From Octopus sinensis (lineage: Eukaryota): a stretch of 64,000 nt of DNA. Of this stretch, positions 1-10,844 are shown in pieces. Both the position numbers and the translations under genes were made by a program. Under the pieces are notes generated by a model. The model ran no database searches and was not told the origin of the DNA. It worked only from the letters and a program-made list of their open reading frames with translations. The stretch covers positions 36,952,001 through 37,016,000 of the forward strand of contig NC_042997.1 in the NCBI RefSeq assembly GCF_006345805.1, given 5' to 3'. Within the stretch, counting starts at the first letter, position 1, and each line of letters begins with the position of its first letter.

Positions 1-1396
1 AAGTCCGCTCAGCTGAAAGTAAGGTAAATAAAATCAAAATAAGCAACAGGGTATCAAGTCGTAAAGCACTACCAGTAAAATAAAGATTAAACAAAGCACA
101 TAGGTTGCATATGTAGGATTGCTAATGTTTATGTACCAGTTCTGTTTTTAATTTGTAATTTAATATATACATGCATACACACAAACACACACATGCACAT
201 ACATATTTATGTGTATGTGTATATTATATGTGATTTTATTACATGTGTGTGTGAGTGTGTGTGTCTGTGTGTCTGCGAGCAATTTCAGTGGAGGGAGTTT
301 GACGATTATGTCGACTGTCGTCCCTAATGTTAAAGTGGTACTTTTAGTTGACTATTCTTGTTATGATTGTGTGTCTTATGTTGTATGTAAAAACGTTATA
401 TCTCCATCCGTGTACATTCCAGGAATGTGCATTTGGGCTGAATACCTTAATGTCATGTCGCTCCACATCCTATTTTTGAGATAAATAGACAAATATGCAT
501 AGAGACATGCACGAACGCACGTGCGCACGCACATACGCACATATGCACACACACACATGCAGACAAACACTCACACATGTATACAAACATATACGCATAC
601 ATTGATATTGCGGTCCCTCGTGTTTCTTATTGCATCGCTTCACTTTTTTCGTACATCTATGGTTCTGAATATACTTCTCTTGGCTTCAATATACAAATTT
701 GTATATTGGTTTGGAGTCTGAATTAATAATGTATTTGAACTATCGGGTGTAATAACATTTGGTCCCGACATACTTACATTACTAAATCCTTGTCCTCTCC
801 TGTTTTTCAAATTCAATTCAATCACTTAGTATGGAATCCTAACGCTTCAAAAGCCACTAATGTGAGTGAACTATTAAGAATCTCAGCGAATTTGTGGAAC
901 CATTCTATCTACGCATATATTTAAAAGTGTATCCATTTATAGTCGGTGTTATCTTTATATAATTTATTTATAATGCTGTTCCATGTATTTGTTTTAGTTA
1001 TCAACTGTGAATTGGAGAAAGGACGTACGCTGCATTATACTATGAGATAAAGAAATATTGAAACATAGACACATTGAATTTATTAATAAATCAAGTTGGT
1101 TCCATGCAAGATAGAATATATGGCACCGTAAGTATTACGTTCATAAAAACGGTGCATTAATTCACTCGATCCTCAACCTCTCTGCGATTATTGTTCCTTC
1201 ATTCTGCGAGTAGAGTTCTATTACACGTTGTCTGTTGTCAAGTTCAACTATTGTATTGGCCACGGGTATAAGGTTGACAAAACAAATATACACACTTTTG
1301 TAAGAAACATATGTTAGAAGAATCGAGGCTGAAAATATCTGATTACAAAACTCGATATAATTATCCTAAATGTAATATGTGAAAATAATTTGCATA

Positions 1397-1731
1397 TAAA
1401 GGGGTAAAGACCCCCTTCGGTCATGAATGACCATGGGATTGCACCTAGAAAGTTACCCTCCTAGACACAAGTCCGGGCAAGGTTGTTTATGGAAGACCAG
1501 CAGTCGCCCATGCATACCAGCCTCCCCTCTCCACGCCACCAGTGTTATCCAAGGGAAAGACAAAGGTCGATACAGCTTGGCACCAGTGACGACGCAACTC
1601 ATTTCTACAGCTGAGTGAACTGGAGCAACGTGAAATAAAGTGCCTTGCTCAAGAACACAACACGCAGCCCGGTTCGGGATTAGAACTCACAACCTCACGA
1701 TCGTAAGCTCGACGCTCTAACCACTGAGCCA
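1397..1731 (-). mobile_element. tRNA-derived SINE (Octopus OR/OK-type family)
   Basis: Minus strand begins TGGCTCAGTGGTTAGAGCG (A box) ... GAGTTCTAATCC (B box-like), then CTTGAGCAAGGCACTT, a conserved SINE central-domain motif, and a ~250-nt body. Confidence 0.85.
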
Positions 1732-3012
1732 AAACAACGTAGATTACTTGTAGAATGTATAAAGATGAAAAAGTGGATTAGTGAAACAACGCATGACGGA
1801 ATAAGGTGAAAATACCAATGATCATCATATAGTTAACAATTACTAAGAATGAAATACCAATTAATTAACACCTATGTATCAATTAAAGAGGGAGCAAATT
1901 TTACTTGGGTGGAGATTTTGTGTACATATCTAACATTAGGTTATTGAAGATACTAATCTCAAACAGCAGTTTTGAATATATTAATAACATACACATATCT
2001 ATGAATACATATGATACTCTCTCGGTTATCATGCATATATCCAATTTTATGAATGTCTGACTAGGCTGAGTAATGATTTAAATTTCATGAGATTTGAGAT
2101 TCATGTTAATTACTCTGAGATATACAGCGAAAGTTCACATATATGTACGTATGTTTATACGCGAATATCAATGGGATCTATAAACTGAAATACTAGCACA
2201 AACGCATGCAAACATACACACCACCATATATACATTGATATGCCACGTGATACCGTAATATATATATATGAGTGTGTATGTGTGTATGTGTGTGTCTGTG
2301 TGTGTGAGTAACTATTAAGTATTCTTTCATTCTCTCCCTTTGATGATTACATAACTATGTTTTTTCTGAACAAATTAAGCTTATAAATTTGTGTTATTCC
2401 CGCATTGATATATTCTTAGGATATCACACATTCAGATACTTTTTAACGTATATCTATTTCATATTCTAACCATAAATAGGAAACATCTGCTCACAATATT
2501 GCAGATTTCGTTGAAACTGCAAAATAGGTTATATGTATACATTATATGCGAAAATATATCTCTAAATGTGTATGCGTATGCACATACATGCGCGCTCGCA
2601 CACATACACACACACACATTCATATATATATATCGTTTATAAAGAAACATAAACCCGAAAGAAGACGTACACTCTGACATGTTGAACAGTATATATTAAA
2701 AATGGGAAAGGACAGTTTATATACGATTACCATAGGATACCCGTCCATAAAGGTAATAGCTTCATGGCGTATTGTGAGATCCCCAAAACCTGTTCGCCCA
2801 TGATATCTTAAAAATATGGTGGTGGAAATTGCCTCATTACTCAAAGGTAACAAGTGGGGATTATCTCCCTTCGCTACTGACTATCGACTTCCGGCTATGC
2901 CAACAGGCTTTTTCTAGATGTGTCCTTTATGGACGGGAAACCAAGTTAATCCCATATACCGGCCTTCATCATTTTTAACAAACACACACACAAACACACA
3001 CATACATACATA

Positions 3013-3073
<61 letters not shown>

Positions 3074-3079
<6 letters not shown>

Positions 3080-3325
3080 AAGGAGCTTCTACAGGACTAG
3101 AACTGTTTCATTCAGATGAAATCTTCATGAAGCTGGCTGTCAAAATAAGTTCTGGTATTTATGCATTTAGGCATATTTAATGGAGTGGTGGTGGGGGACG
3201 TTTTTTGGATAGGTTGGTATTTAGGAGATAAACAGGGCACAAGCTATTGTTCTTAGGGGAGTGGTCAAAAGGCCAGAGTGTTTTTTGAAATGAGAAGAAT
3301 CAGTGAGAAAATAAATAAATGAATA
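3074..3325 (-). repeat. Interspersed repeat fragment (probably PLE-derived), inverted copy of 7009-7260
   Basis: Reverse complement aligns along its length with 7009-7260 (e.g. gacagccagcttcatgaagatttcatctgaatgaaacagttctagtcctgtagaagctccttctataa is identical); abuts (TA)n. Confidence 0.8.
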
Positions 3326-3399
3326 CATATGTATATACATATGTATAAATATACTTATGTATAAATATGTATATACATACGTATATGTTTATGTATGTA

Positions 3400-4670
3400 C
3401 GAGGGGCGTTCAATAAGTAATGCCCCTGATCCACTTCCTCTAGCAGTAGAGCAACGAAACCTGGCACAGTTATTAGTCTTTGTCTACATAGGAAACACCC
3501 AGAGTTACGCATTTCTCCCTTCGTTTGATGCAGCTCTGGAGACTACTTTTGTGGAAGACCCCAGCTTGGTCCTCCAACCACGACGTGACTTCAGAAATCA
3601 AGGCTGCATCATCTGGGAAATGCGTTACTTTCAAAAACAACTTCATGGCTGGGAAGCGGTGAAAATCAGAGGGTGCAAGGTCAGGAGAGTAGGGGTGGAG
3701 TGATCTGTGCTTCTGATCTGGCGACAAGCAGGTTGTGGACCGGGGCGTTGTCCTGCAGGAGGAGGATGACTTTGCTGATCTTGCCCCGCCTCTTGATTTT
3801 GATAGCTTCTCTTAATTTCCTCAAAAGTGAGGCAAAATAGGCTCCTGTAATTGTGGTACCCTTTGCCAGGAAATCTGTCATCACTACTCCGTCCTGGTCC
3901 CAGAAGACTGTGAGCATGACCTTGCCAGCGGAGGGCTGCACCCTTGCCTTTTTGGAGGAGGTGAGTCACGGTGCTTCCACTGCATTGACTGGCTTTGGTC
4001 TCTGGATCATAGTGATGGACCCAGGTTTCATCCTGTGTAATCAGTCTTTTGAAAAATTTTGACTCATCTTCTTGGCACATCTCCAAATTCATCCTCGTGC
4101 ACTCGACGCGTTCTTGCTTCTGGAAAGGTGTGAGCAACTTGGGAATCCATCTTGCAGACACCTTTTGCATATCCAAATGGTCATGAATGATAGTTTCCAC
4201 AGACCCGGTAATAATCTTGACCTCATGGGCTATTTGGCGAATAGTTATGCGTCGATCTTCCAAAATGGCAGCCTCAACTTGACGGACAGATGCCTCATCA
4301 ATTGCAGAAGGGGGGCGACCAGATTTGGGAGCTGTTTCCACAGAGTTCCGAACATGTTAAAATTCACGATGCCAGCGTTTAACAAGGTCATATGATGGGG
4401 CATCATCACCATAAGTTACTTTCATTTCATCAAAAGTCTCCCGTGGTGTGCGTCCTTTCAAATACAAAAACCGGATCACTGCTCGACACTCAACAGGCTC
4501 CATTTCATACTTGACTCAGTTCAAACACCTGTAAATCAGAAACCACAATTTGTCCAGAGCTTTAATTCGCCACTTAATCTATAGAGATATCAATAATTGC
4601 ACATGCAAAATTTCAGCTAGATCAAACGACGGCAAGTGGGTCGGAGGCATTACTTATTGAACGTCCCTCG
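3400..4670 (-). mobile_element. Full-length mariner DNA transposon (1271 bp)
   Basis: TIRs CGAGGGGCGTTCAATAAGTAATGCC (3400) and reverse complement CGAGGGACGTTCAATAAGTAATGCC (4670), 24/25 match; TA on both sides (3398-99, 4671-72); transposase motifs inside. Confidence 0.95.
3473..4503 (-). pseudogene. Mariner transposase, disrupted (stop and frameshifts)
   Basis: MEPVECRAVIRFL at 4503, then SGRP, WIPKLLT (WVPHEL-like), ITQDETW, LLQDNAP and PYSPDLAPSDF split over ORFs 3643-4341, 3681-3941 and 3473-3727; in-frame TAA near 4360. Confidence 0.93.
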
Positions 4671-5212
4671 TATATATATGCATATATGTGTAATTATATG
4701 TGTGTATGTATGTATGTATATGTGTATATGTGTATATATATATATATGCATGTATGTATTTATGTATATATATGTGTGTGTGTATGTGTATGTATGTGTA
4801 TATGCATGTATATATTTATGTATGCGTATGTGTATTTATATATACATGTGTATTTGTATATAAATGTATGTGTGTATGGATGTATATTTGTGTATGGATG
4901 TATGTATATAGATATTTGGACATGTAGATTTATGTATGGGTATGTATATATGTGTATATGTGTAGATATGTATATGTATGTACGTGTATGTATGTGTATG
5001 TATGTATTTGTATGTATATGTGTGTATGTATGTATACGCGTGTGTGTATTTATATATGCATATATGTATTTATATGCGTATATATACCCTATATATGCGT
5101 ATATATATTTATATACACATATGATTTTATATGTGCATATGTGTTTATATATGCGTGTATATATTTTTGTGTTTGTTTGTGTGTACATATGTATATTTAT
5201 GTATGTGTTTAT
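4671..5212. repeat. Complex (TA)/(TG)/(TATG) microsatellite
   Basis: Direct inspection; source of the spurious Y/I/C/V/M ORFs. Confidence 0.95.
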
Positions 5213-6525
5213 ATCCTTAAATCCTTAAAAATGTTTTAGCCCGAAGGCCGCGGCCATGCTGGGGCACCACCGCTGAATGAGCTACACTAGTTTGTGAATC
5301 CACCTCTGATACGTGGCACTTGATCAACAAGGGAGTTCGATGCTGCTGCCCGCATCCGTGTCTCCTGTCGTGAGGTAGGTTCATCTGGGACTCCCAACAA
5401 GAAGAGATCCAGTTTAGTTTTAAAGAAACCCACATCCACACCATGTAAGTCTCTCAGGCATTTAGGGAGGATGTTAAAGAGCTGTGGTCCTCTGAAACCC
5501 AAGCTGTTGCAGTATCTGGACCTGTATTTTGATGGTGATGTTGGAATCCTTGGCACCACGCAGCGGCGCCCCGTTCTGCGGTTGGAGTAACTTTGAATGC
5601 CAAAGTTTGGGACAAGACCCTCCAGGATTTTCCAGATGTATATCACTGCATATCTCTCCCGCCTCCGCTCCAGGGAGAAGAGGTTTAATACCTTCAGTCT
5701 TTCCCAGTAGCTGACATTTTGCATTGAGACGATTTTCTTTGTGTAGCTTCTCTGAGTTGCTTCGAGTTCTGCTGTTTGTTTTATATTGTGTGGTGACCAA
5801 AGTTGGGAGCAGTAGTCCAAGCGGCTGAGGACAAATGTTTTCCATAGGACCATCAGTGTCTCCTTCTCTCTTGTTCTGAAAGTTCGGAGAATCCATCCAG
5901 CTAGCCGTCTGCATTTTATCACCAGATTAGAAATATGCATTTGGAAAGATGCATCATTGCTCATGTCAATGCCCAGGTCACGCACTGATTTTGACTCAGG
6001 GATTGCAATTCTTCCTGGGCCAGTGTATCCAGTCTTCACGTCATTTACCTTTGTGTGCCAGTAGCGCAGGGCCTGGAACTTACCTGCATTAAACTGCATG
6101 TTGTTGTCCTCAGCCCACCTGTATATTGTGTCCAGCTCATGTTGCAGATGCGCAATATTTTCAGGGTTTTGTATTGCGTGGAGACTTTTGTGCCATCTGC
6201 ATAGCTAGCAAGGGTGGTCATCGTAGCAACTGAAGGCATGTCTGAAAGGGCCACTATGAACATCAGTGGCCCCAAGACAGTGCCCTGTGGGACACCGCTT
6301 GTTATTTGCGTTTCCCTGGAGGTGGCTCCATTGCTCACAACTGCCTGTTTTCTGTCTTTTAGGAAGTTGTGCAGCCACTCTCCAAGTTTCCCGCCTATGC
6401 CGAGACCACGCAGTTTGTGACAGATCATACCATGGTCGACTTTATCAAAGGCTTTTGCAAAGTCAAGATATATTACATCCACATTTGAGCCATTTAGTAG
6501 CTGTTTCAACACCCAGTCATAGTGT
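5213..6525 (-). mobile_element. 5'-truncated CR1/L2-group LINE (RT C-terminal half plus 3' UTR)
   Basis: VIYLDFAKAFDKVDH, SGVPQGTVLGP, SYADGTK (YADD box), VRDLGI, CSQLWSPH and LERRRERY in ORFs 6045-6512 and 5287-6099; 3' end finishes in two copies of TTAAGGAT (5213-5228). Confidence 0.92.
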
Positions 6526-6597
6526 TTATATATGCATAATTATGTATATGTTTATATGTGCCTAGGTATATTTATGTATGTATACTTATGTGTATTT

Positions 6598-6650
<53 letters not shown>

Positions 6651-6691
6651 ATATATGCGTGTGTGTGTATGTAGGTGTGTGTATGTAAATG

Positions 6692-6738
<47 letters not shown>

Positions 6739-6890
6739 ATGTATATATATATATATATGTATATATGTGTATGTATGTGTATGTACGTATATATATGTGC
6801 GTATGTATGTATACATATGTATATTCGCATGTGTATGTGTGTTTGTATGTATATTTATTTCATGTTTTTTCATGTATATTTATCTATTTA
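6526..6890. repeat. Complex (TA)/(TG) microsatellite
   Basis: Direct inspection. Confidence 0.95.
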
Positions 6891-7335
6891 TTCCCTCCAC
6901 CTAACAATAACAAACTGCCTACCTCTTCTTGACCACCAAAAAGCAATTTTCTTCTAATTTACCTAAAAATCCCATTCCATATATCTGTTTCTATTCAACT
7001 ATTTTATTTATTCATTTATTTATTTTCTCACTGATTCTTCTCATTTCAAAAAACCCTCTGGCCTTTTGACCACTCCCCTAAGAACAATAGCTTGTGCCCT
7101 GTTTATGTCCTAATTACCAACCTACCCAAAAAACGTCCCCCACCATCACTCCATTAAATCTGCCTAAATGCATAAATACCAGAACTTATTTTGACAGCCA
7201 GCTTCATGAAGATTTCATCTGAATGAAACAGTTCTAGTCCTGTAGAAGCTCCTTCTATAAAATAAATTACTTTACTCTGCTATGGATTGAGTACCTTATT
7301 TACTGTGGTTTACCCCGACTCCACCCGGGACCTAC
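6891..7335 (+). repeat. Interspersed repeat (probably PLE-derived), longer copy of the 3074-3325 family
   Basis: 7009-7260 is the inverted match of 3074-3325; bounded by microsatellites. The PLE assignment is inference. Confidence 0.7.
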
Positions 7336-7685
7336 ATATATATATATATATTGACTGAATGATTGAGTATATAATGTATCCGAATAAGAGTCACTCTATA
7401 ATATATACAGCGGCGAAGTATTAAAGCATTGAAGTTAATGTCTGGTCATAGAGTGACCAATGGTTTCGCATCAACGAATACTGCAGCTTTGTGGAGAGCT
7501 CATCAGACTCTATACAAAGACAAATTTAACGTGTCAACTTCCGGAGGTGGAAAATTGTTACTATCAATCGATCAAAAGGACATCAGAAAATGTTAGTCCC
7601 GGCGTTGTGGAAAAAATGTTGTCTCCCCTAGATAAGCCAATATTGGGGAATTGGGATGTTAATCAGCGTACAGGGAATCCCAATT
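7336..7685 (-). mobile_element. ~350-nt hammerhead-bearing unit between (TA)n tracts (retrozyme or PLE pLTR-like)
   Basis: Contains the hammerhead at 7448-7513 and a 9-bp hairpin (7649-7657 with 7677-7685); (TA)n on both sides; no coding homology seen. Confidence 0.6.
7448..7513 (-). ncRNA. Type I hammerhead ribozyme
   Basis: Minus strand reads ATAGAGT-CTGATGA-GC...GC-GAAA-CC ATT GG-TC-ACTCTAT: exact CUGAUGA and GAAAC core boxes, G10.1-C11.1 pair, stem III with 3-nt loop, GUC cleavage triplet and a perfect 7-bp stem I. Confidence 0.85.
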
Positions 7686-7699
7686 ATATATATATATAA

Positions 7700-8040
7700 A
7701 GTTAATCCAAACAAGAAAGCACAAAGAACACAACAACGCGAGGGCGTCGAACAAATATAGTGTTATTAGACGCTCAGGAAAGAAGGAAAGAAGGAGGGTT
7801 TAACGTTTCGAGCGGGGCTCTTCGTCGGAAACATAGGAAAAGGAAAGATCCAGAGAAGGGAAGACAGAGGAAAAGAAAATCGCCAACGGTACACACGAGG
7901 TCAGTGGTGAATGTCTGTGTAGGTGTAAGCGGTGGCGACACAAGTGGAAAAATGGAGGTAGAAGAAAGATTAAAAAGGACGAGGAAAAAGTACAGGAAAA
8001 AATGGTAGAGTCACGGACAAATTTTTTTTTGATTTCCAAT
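7700..8040 (-). mobile_element. PLE-like non-autonomous repeat with a degenerate hammerhead motif
   Basis: Minus strand CCGACGA-A-GAGC CCC GCTC-GAAACGTT...AGCGTC; a truncated second copy lies at 22882-22999. Confidence 0.6.
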
Positions 8041-8081
8041 CACGATTTCAGTGGCATATATATATATATATATATATATAT

Positions 8082-8191
8082 GGCCTGCTCGCTTAGCCAG
8101 CGGGATGGCGTTATTCCAAGGCTAAAACAATGCGAACGCATTGTGACCAGCGATGTGTAGCAACATCTGATGGTCTGGTCGGTCACGTGAT

Positions 8192-8198
<7 letters not shown>
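8082..8198 (+). mobile_element. SINE 3' tail fragment (same tail as 43545-43655)
   Basis: ggcctgctcgctt...aacaatgcgaa(g)cgcattgtgaccag...ctgatggtctgg...ggtcacgtga matches the tail of the 43371 SINE. Confidence 0.8.
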
Positions 8199-8238
<40 letters not shown>

Positions 8239-9632
8239 GAGAGAAAGAGGGGGTGGAGAGAGATAGATAGATGGATAGATAGCTAGATATTTAGATAACA
8301 TGGCTCATCAGCTGCAATACCATCAAGTTTCTTGAGCGCATGAAGCAGCTCAGGTTCCAATCATCTGATGAGAAGGATGTGTCCTATTCTCTCACAAAAC
8401 TAAGTTATGTGTCGTAAAGCAAATCCACACCCAACCAAATGTGCTGAGTGCTATATTCATTTGTTCACTGACTCATGTGTGTATGTGTAAGAGTGCGTTT
8501 ATGTGGAGAGATTTATAGTTGGCAGTTGCCAGACACGTCTACAATAATATTGTGGTGCATATCTGTATGTGTTTGTAATTTACTAGTTAGTTAACGATTT
8601 AACTCAAAACACTTTGCAGCAGCTATTTCTATATCGTAATATTGAGCAGAAGTGTACCTTATTTGAATAGCAAGTTTCACATTTAATTTAGATGCCATGC
8701 AAATAGTGAAAAATTTAATCAAACAAGTAATGTAAATAATTAAACCATATATCAGAGAATGAAAATTAGTTTGCTTTTCTTTGATATTGGCAGAAAGAAA
8801 AGCCAACTTTTAAGAAATAAACAGATATCAATCTACGTCATAAAAAGTTAATAAGAGGAAAAGAAATATCCCTATGATCTGTACTATGACGTATTACATT
8901 TTGTTAACAAATGTATAGTAACAAATGAATGAAAACCACATAAATATTAGCAGGGAAAATAGCAAGGTATTTATTATAGAGAAGTAGGATGTTGCCGTTC
9001 CTAGGAGAACTGATGAAAAACTATTTTTTTCTTGAGTCGGTGGTTGAAAATAGCATCTTTGCAAGAAACATTCCATATAATAATTGATACGTATCATTGA
9101 CCGAAATTCGGATAATGCCTTTGGCAAGGATTTCAGGAAATGAATTTTAGAGCAAGGTCACTAAATCTCTCTGATTTCTCTTGGAAAATTCTGCTTTTTA
9201 TTCGGTTCAGTTAGTTTACAAAATTGGATACCTGAAAAAAGAACGACCAAATGGGCATGTCAGGTGATGTGGTTCATTGGTTAGAAATCTTAGAAGGAAC
9301 AATGGCAGGAAGAGCAACAGCAGTATCAGCTGCGAATTTTAAAAACTGTGACAGTGACAACAATATTAACAGTTTTAATAACCATAACACATTTATCTCT
9401 CCCAATCCGCAACCATTTCTTCTTTCCTTTCTCCGCAGATTTCATATCTGACTCCATTATTATTACTGCTACGACTACAACTTCTGCCACTACTACTATT
9501 GCTGCTGCCTCTGCCACTACTTTGCAGCCGGCGAGGGGTCGATCGTTAAAATGCATGGAATTATTATAATGCAAGCGCCTTAGCCGAGCAGATTGGAGCA
9601 ATCGCTACAACCTCCGTGATGATGCGTATCTA

Positions 9633-10690
9633 CAGAGTTTCCCAAAATTAAAGCAACCGAAGTTTCAGGTTTTACTAACAATAAATGTGATAAGATATGA
9701 AAATTATACATCATTATACATGCTTAGTGTGTCTTCATTTTGTTTCAGACTAAATAAGTTAAGATTTATAAATTAAGTAATGGCTATAGACCGTAATACA
9801 ATCGTAGCCCTGGAAGAGTGAGCAAATTATGGTTATAGCAAGAAAGCTTAATGTTAATTGAACAACAATCTGGAAAATTGTCAAGGAATTTCAAGAGACT
9901 GGTCCCACCGCTGACCAAAAAAGAAATGTGGGGTCCCCTCAGTTTAACAAAATACCAGAGAAAAGATACGGTGAAGCCTCATCGTTCTGTCAGAAAGCTG
10001 GTTGCCACGGCTATAATACGCTGAAAACGATGTATCGCATGCTAAACGAGGCACACAGCACCCATCCATACCAGATGATCCACCGTCGTGCGCTCACGCA
10101 AGTTTATAAAGCTATGAAACAGGAGAGAAGACGTCTTATCCTGCATCATATTTTTGAAGGCACACCGCTCAACCTGATGTTCACTGATGAAAAGAAATTC
10201 ATCATCGAACCGACAGTTAACCACCAGAATGATTGGGTTTGGAGTGTATGTGGCTCCATCGAGGGTATACTCGTTAATTGAAGTCAAGCTCCGGCGGCTG
10301 TGGGAGCCACAGGAACGTCTCTCTTCGTTTTTGTACTCTCTAGTGTTATAATTAAAACCTAGCGATAGATTAGTAACATTCTAGAAGCTGAACTGCTTCC
10401 ACGACCGAATAAGTACTCCCAAGGCGCACCTTGTAGCCTCCAACAAGACTCAGTACCATGCTACAGCTCCAAATAAACACGACACTGGATTCAGATAAAC
10501 ATCTCGTCGTTCATAGGCAGGGACATATGACCCTGAAGAAGCCCTGATCTCAACCCGTTGGATTTTTCTGTTGGTCTGTTTTTGGAGACTGATTTCTCTA
10601 GCACACCCCATGCTTGGCTCGACACTCTGAAATCAAAACTCTGCCAGGAATGGGTTTCGATTCTGCAAGAAAAGCTGCTATGTCATGGTG
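9633..10690 (+). mobile_element. DD37D (maT) Tc1/mariner-superfamily transposon remnant
   Basis: Left end TA-CAGAGTTTCCCAAAATT; FTDEKKF..E..NHQND; QQD at 10447 to the D of SPDLNPLD at 10561 has exactly 37 intervening codons (three are stops); right TIR not found. Confidence 0.85.
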
Positions 10691-10844
10691 CAAATGATAG
10701 GGATTTTGTTTTCCCTTTTATTAATTGTCTATGGCGTAGATTGACATCTCTTTATTTCTTAACAGTTGACATTTCTTTCTACCAATATCAAAGAAATGCA
10801 AACAAATTGTCAGTCTTAAATATATGATTAAAATTATCCATAGG

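Noticed and set aside
1660-1731. tRNA-like sequences with A and B boxes (also at 29892, 30860, 43371, 44770, 54334)
   Set aside because: They continue into SINE bodies and do not close a cloverleaf acceptor stem, so they are SINE heads and not tRNA genes.
4686-5239. Long ORFs rich in Y/I/C/V/M/H/T (also 6532-6957, 23453-23692, 32137-32745, 52143-52607, 57441-58349)
   Set aside because: Translations of (TA)n, (TG)n and (TATG)n microsatellites, which lack stop codons in several frames.
7195-7245. ATGAAGA-TTTCATCTGAAT-GAAAC..GTC hammerhead-like string (mirrored near 3090-3140)
   Set aside because: C3 is missing, and stem III and stem I do not pair in register; too weak to call.
9251-9601. Overlapping ORFs and a polypyrimidine acceptor at 9438
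   Set aside because: Low-complexity (ACT/GCT) content, no donor and no recognisable homology.
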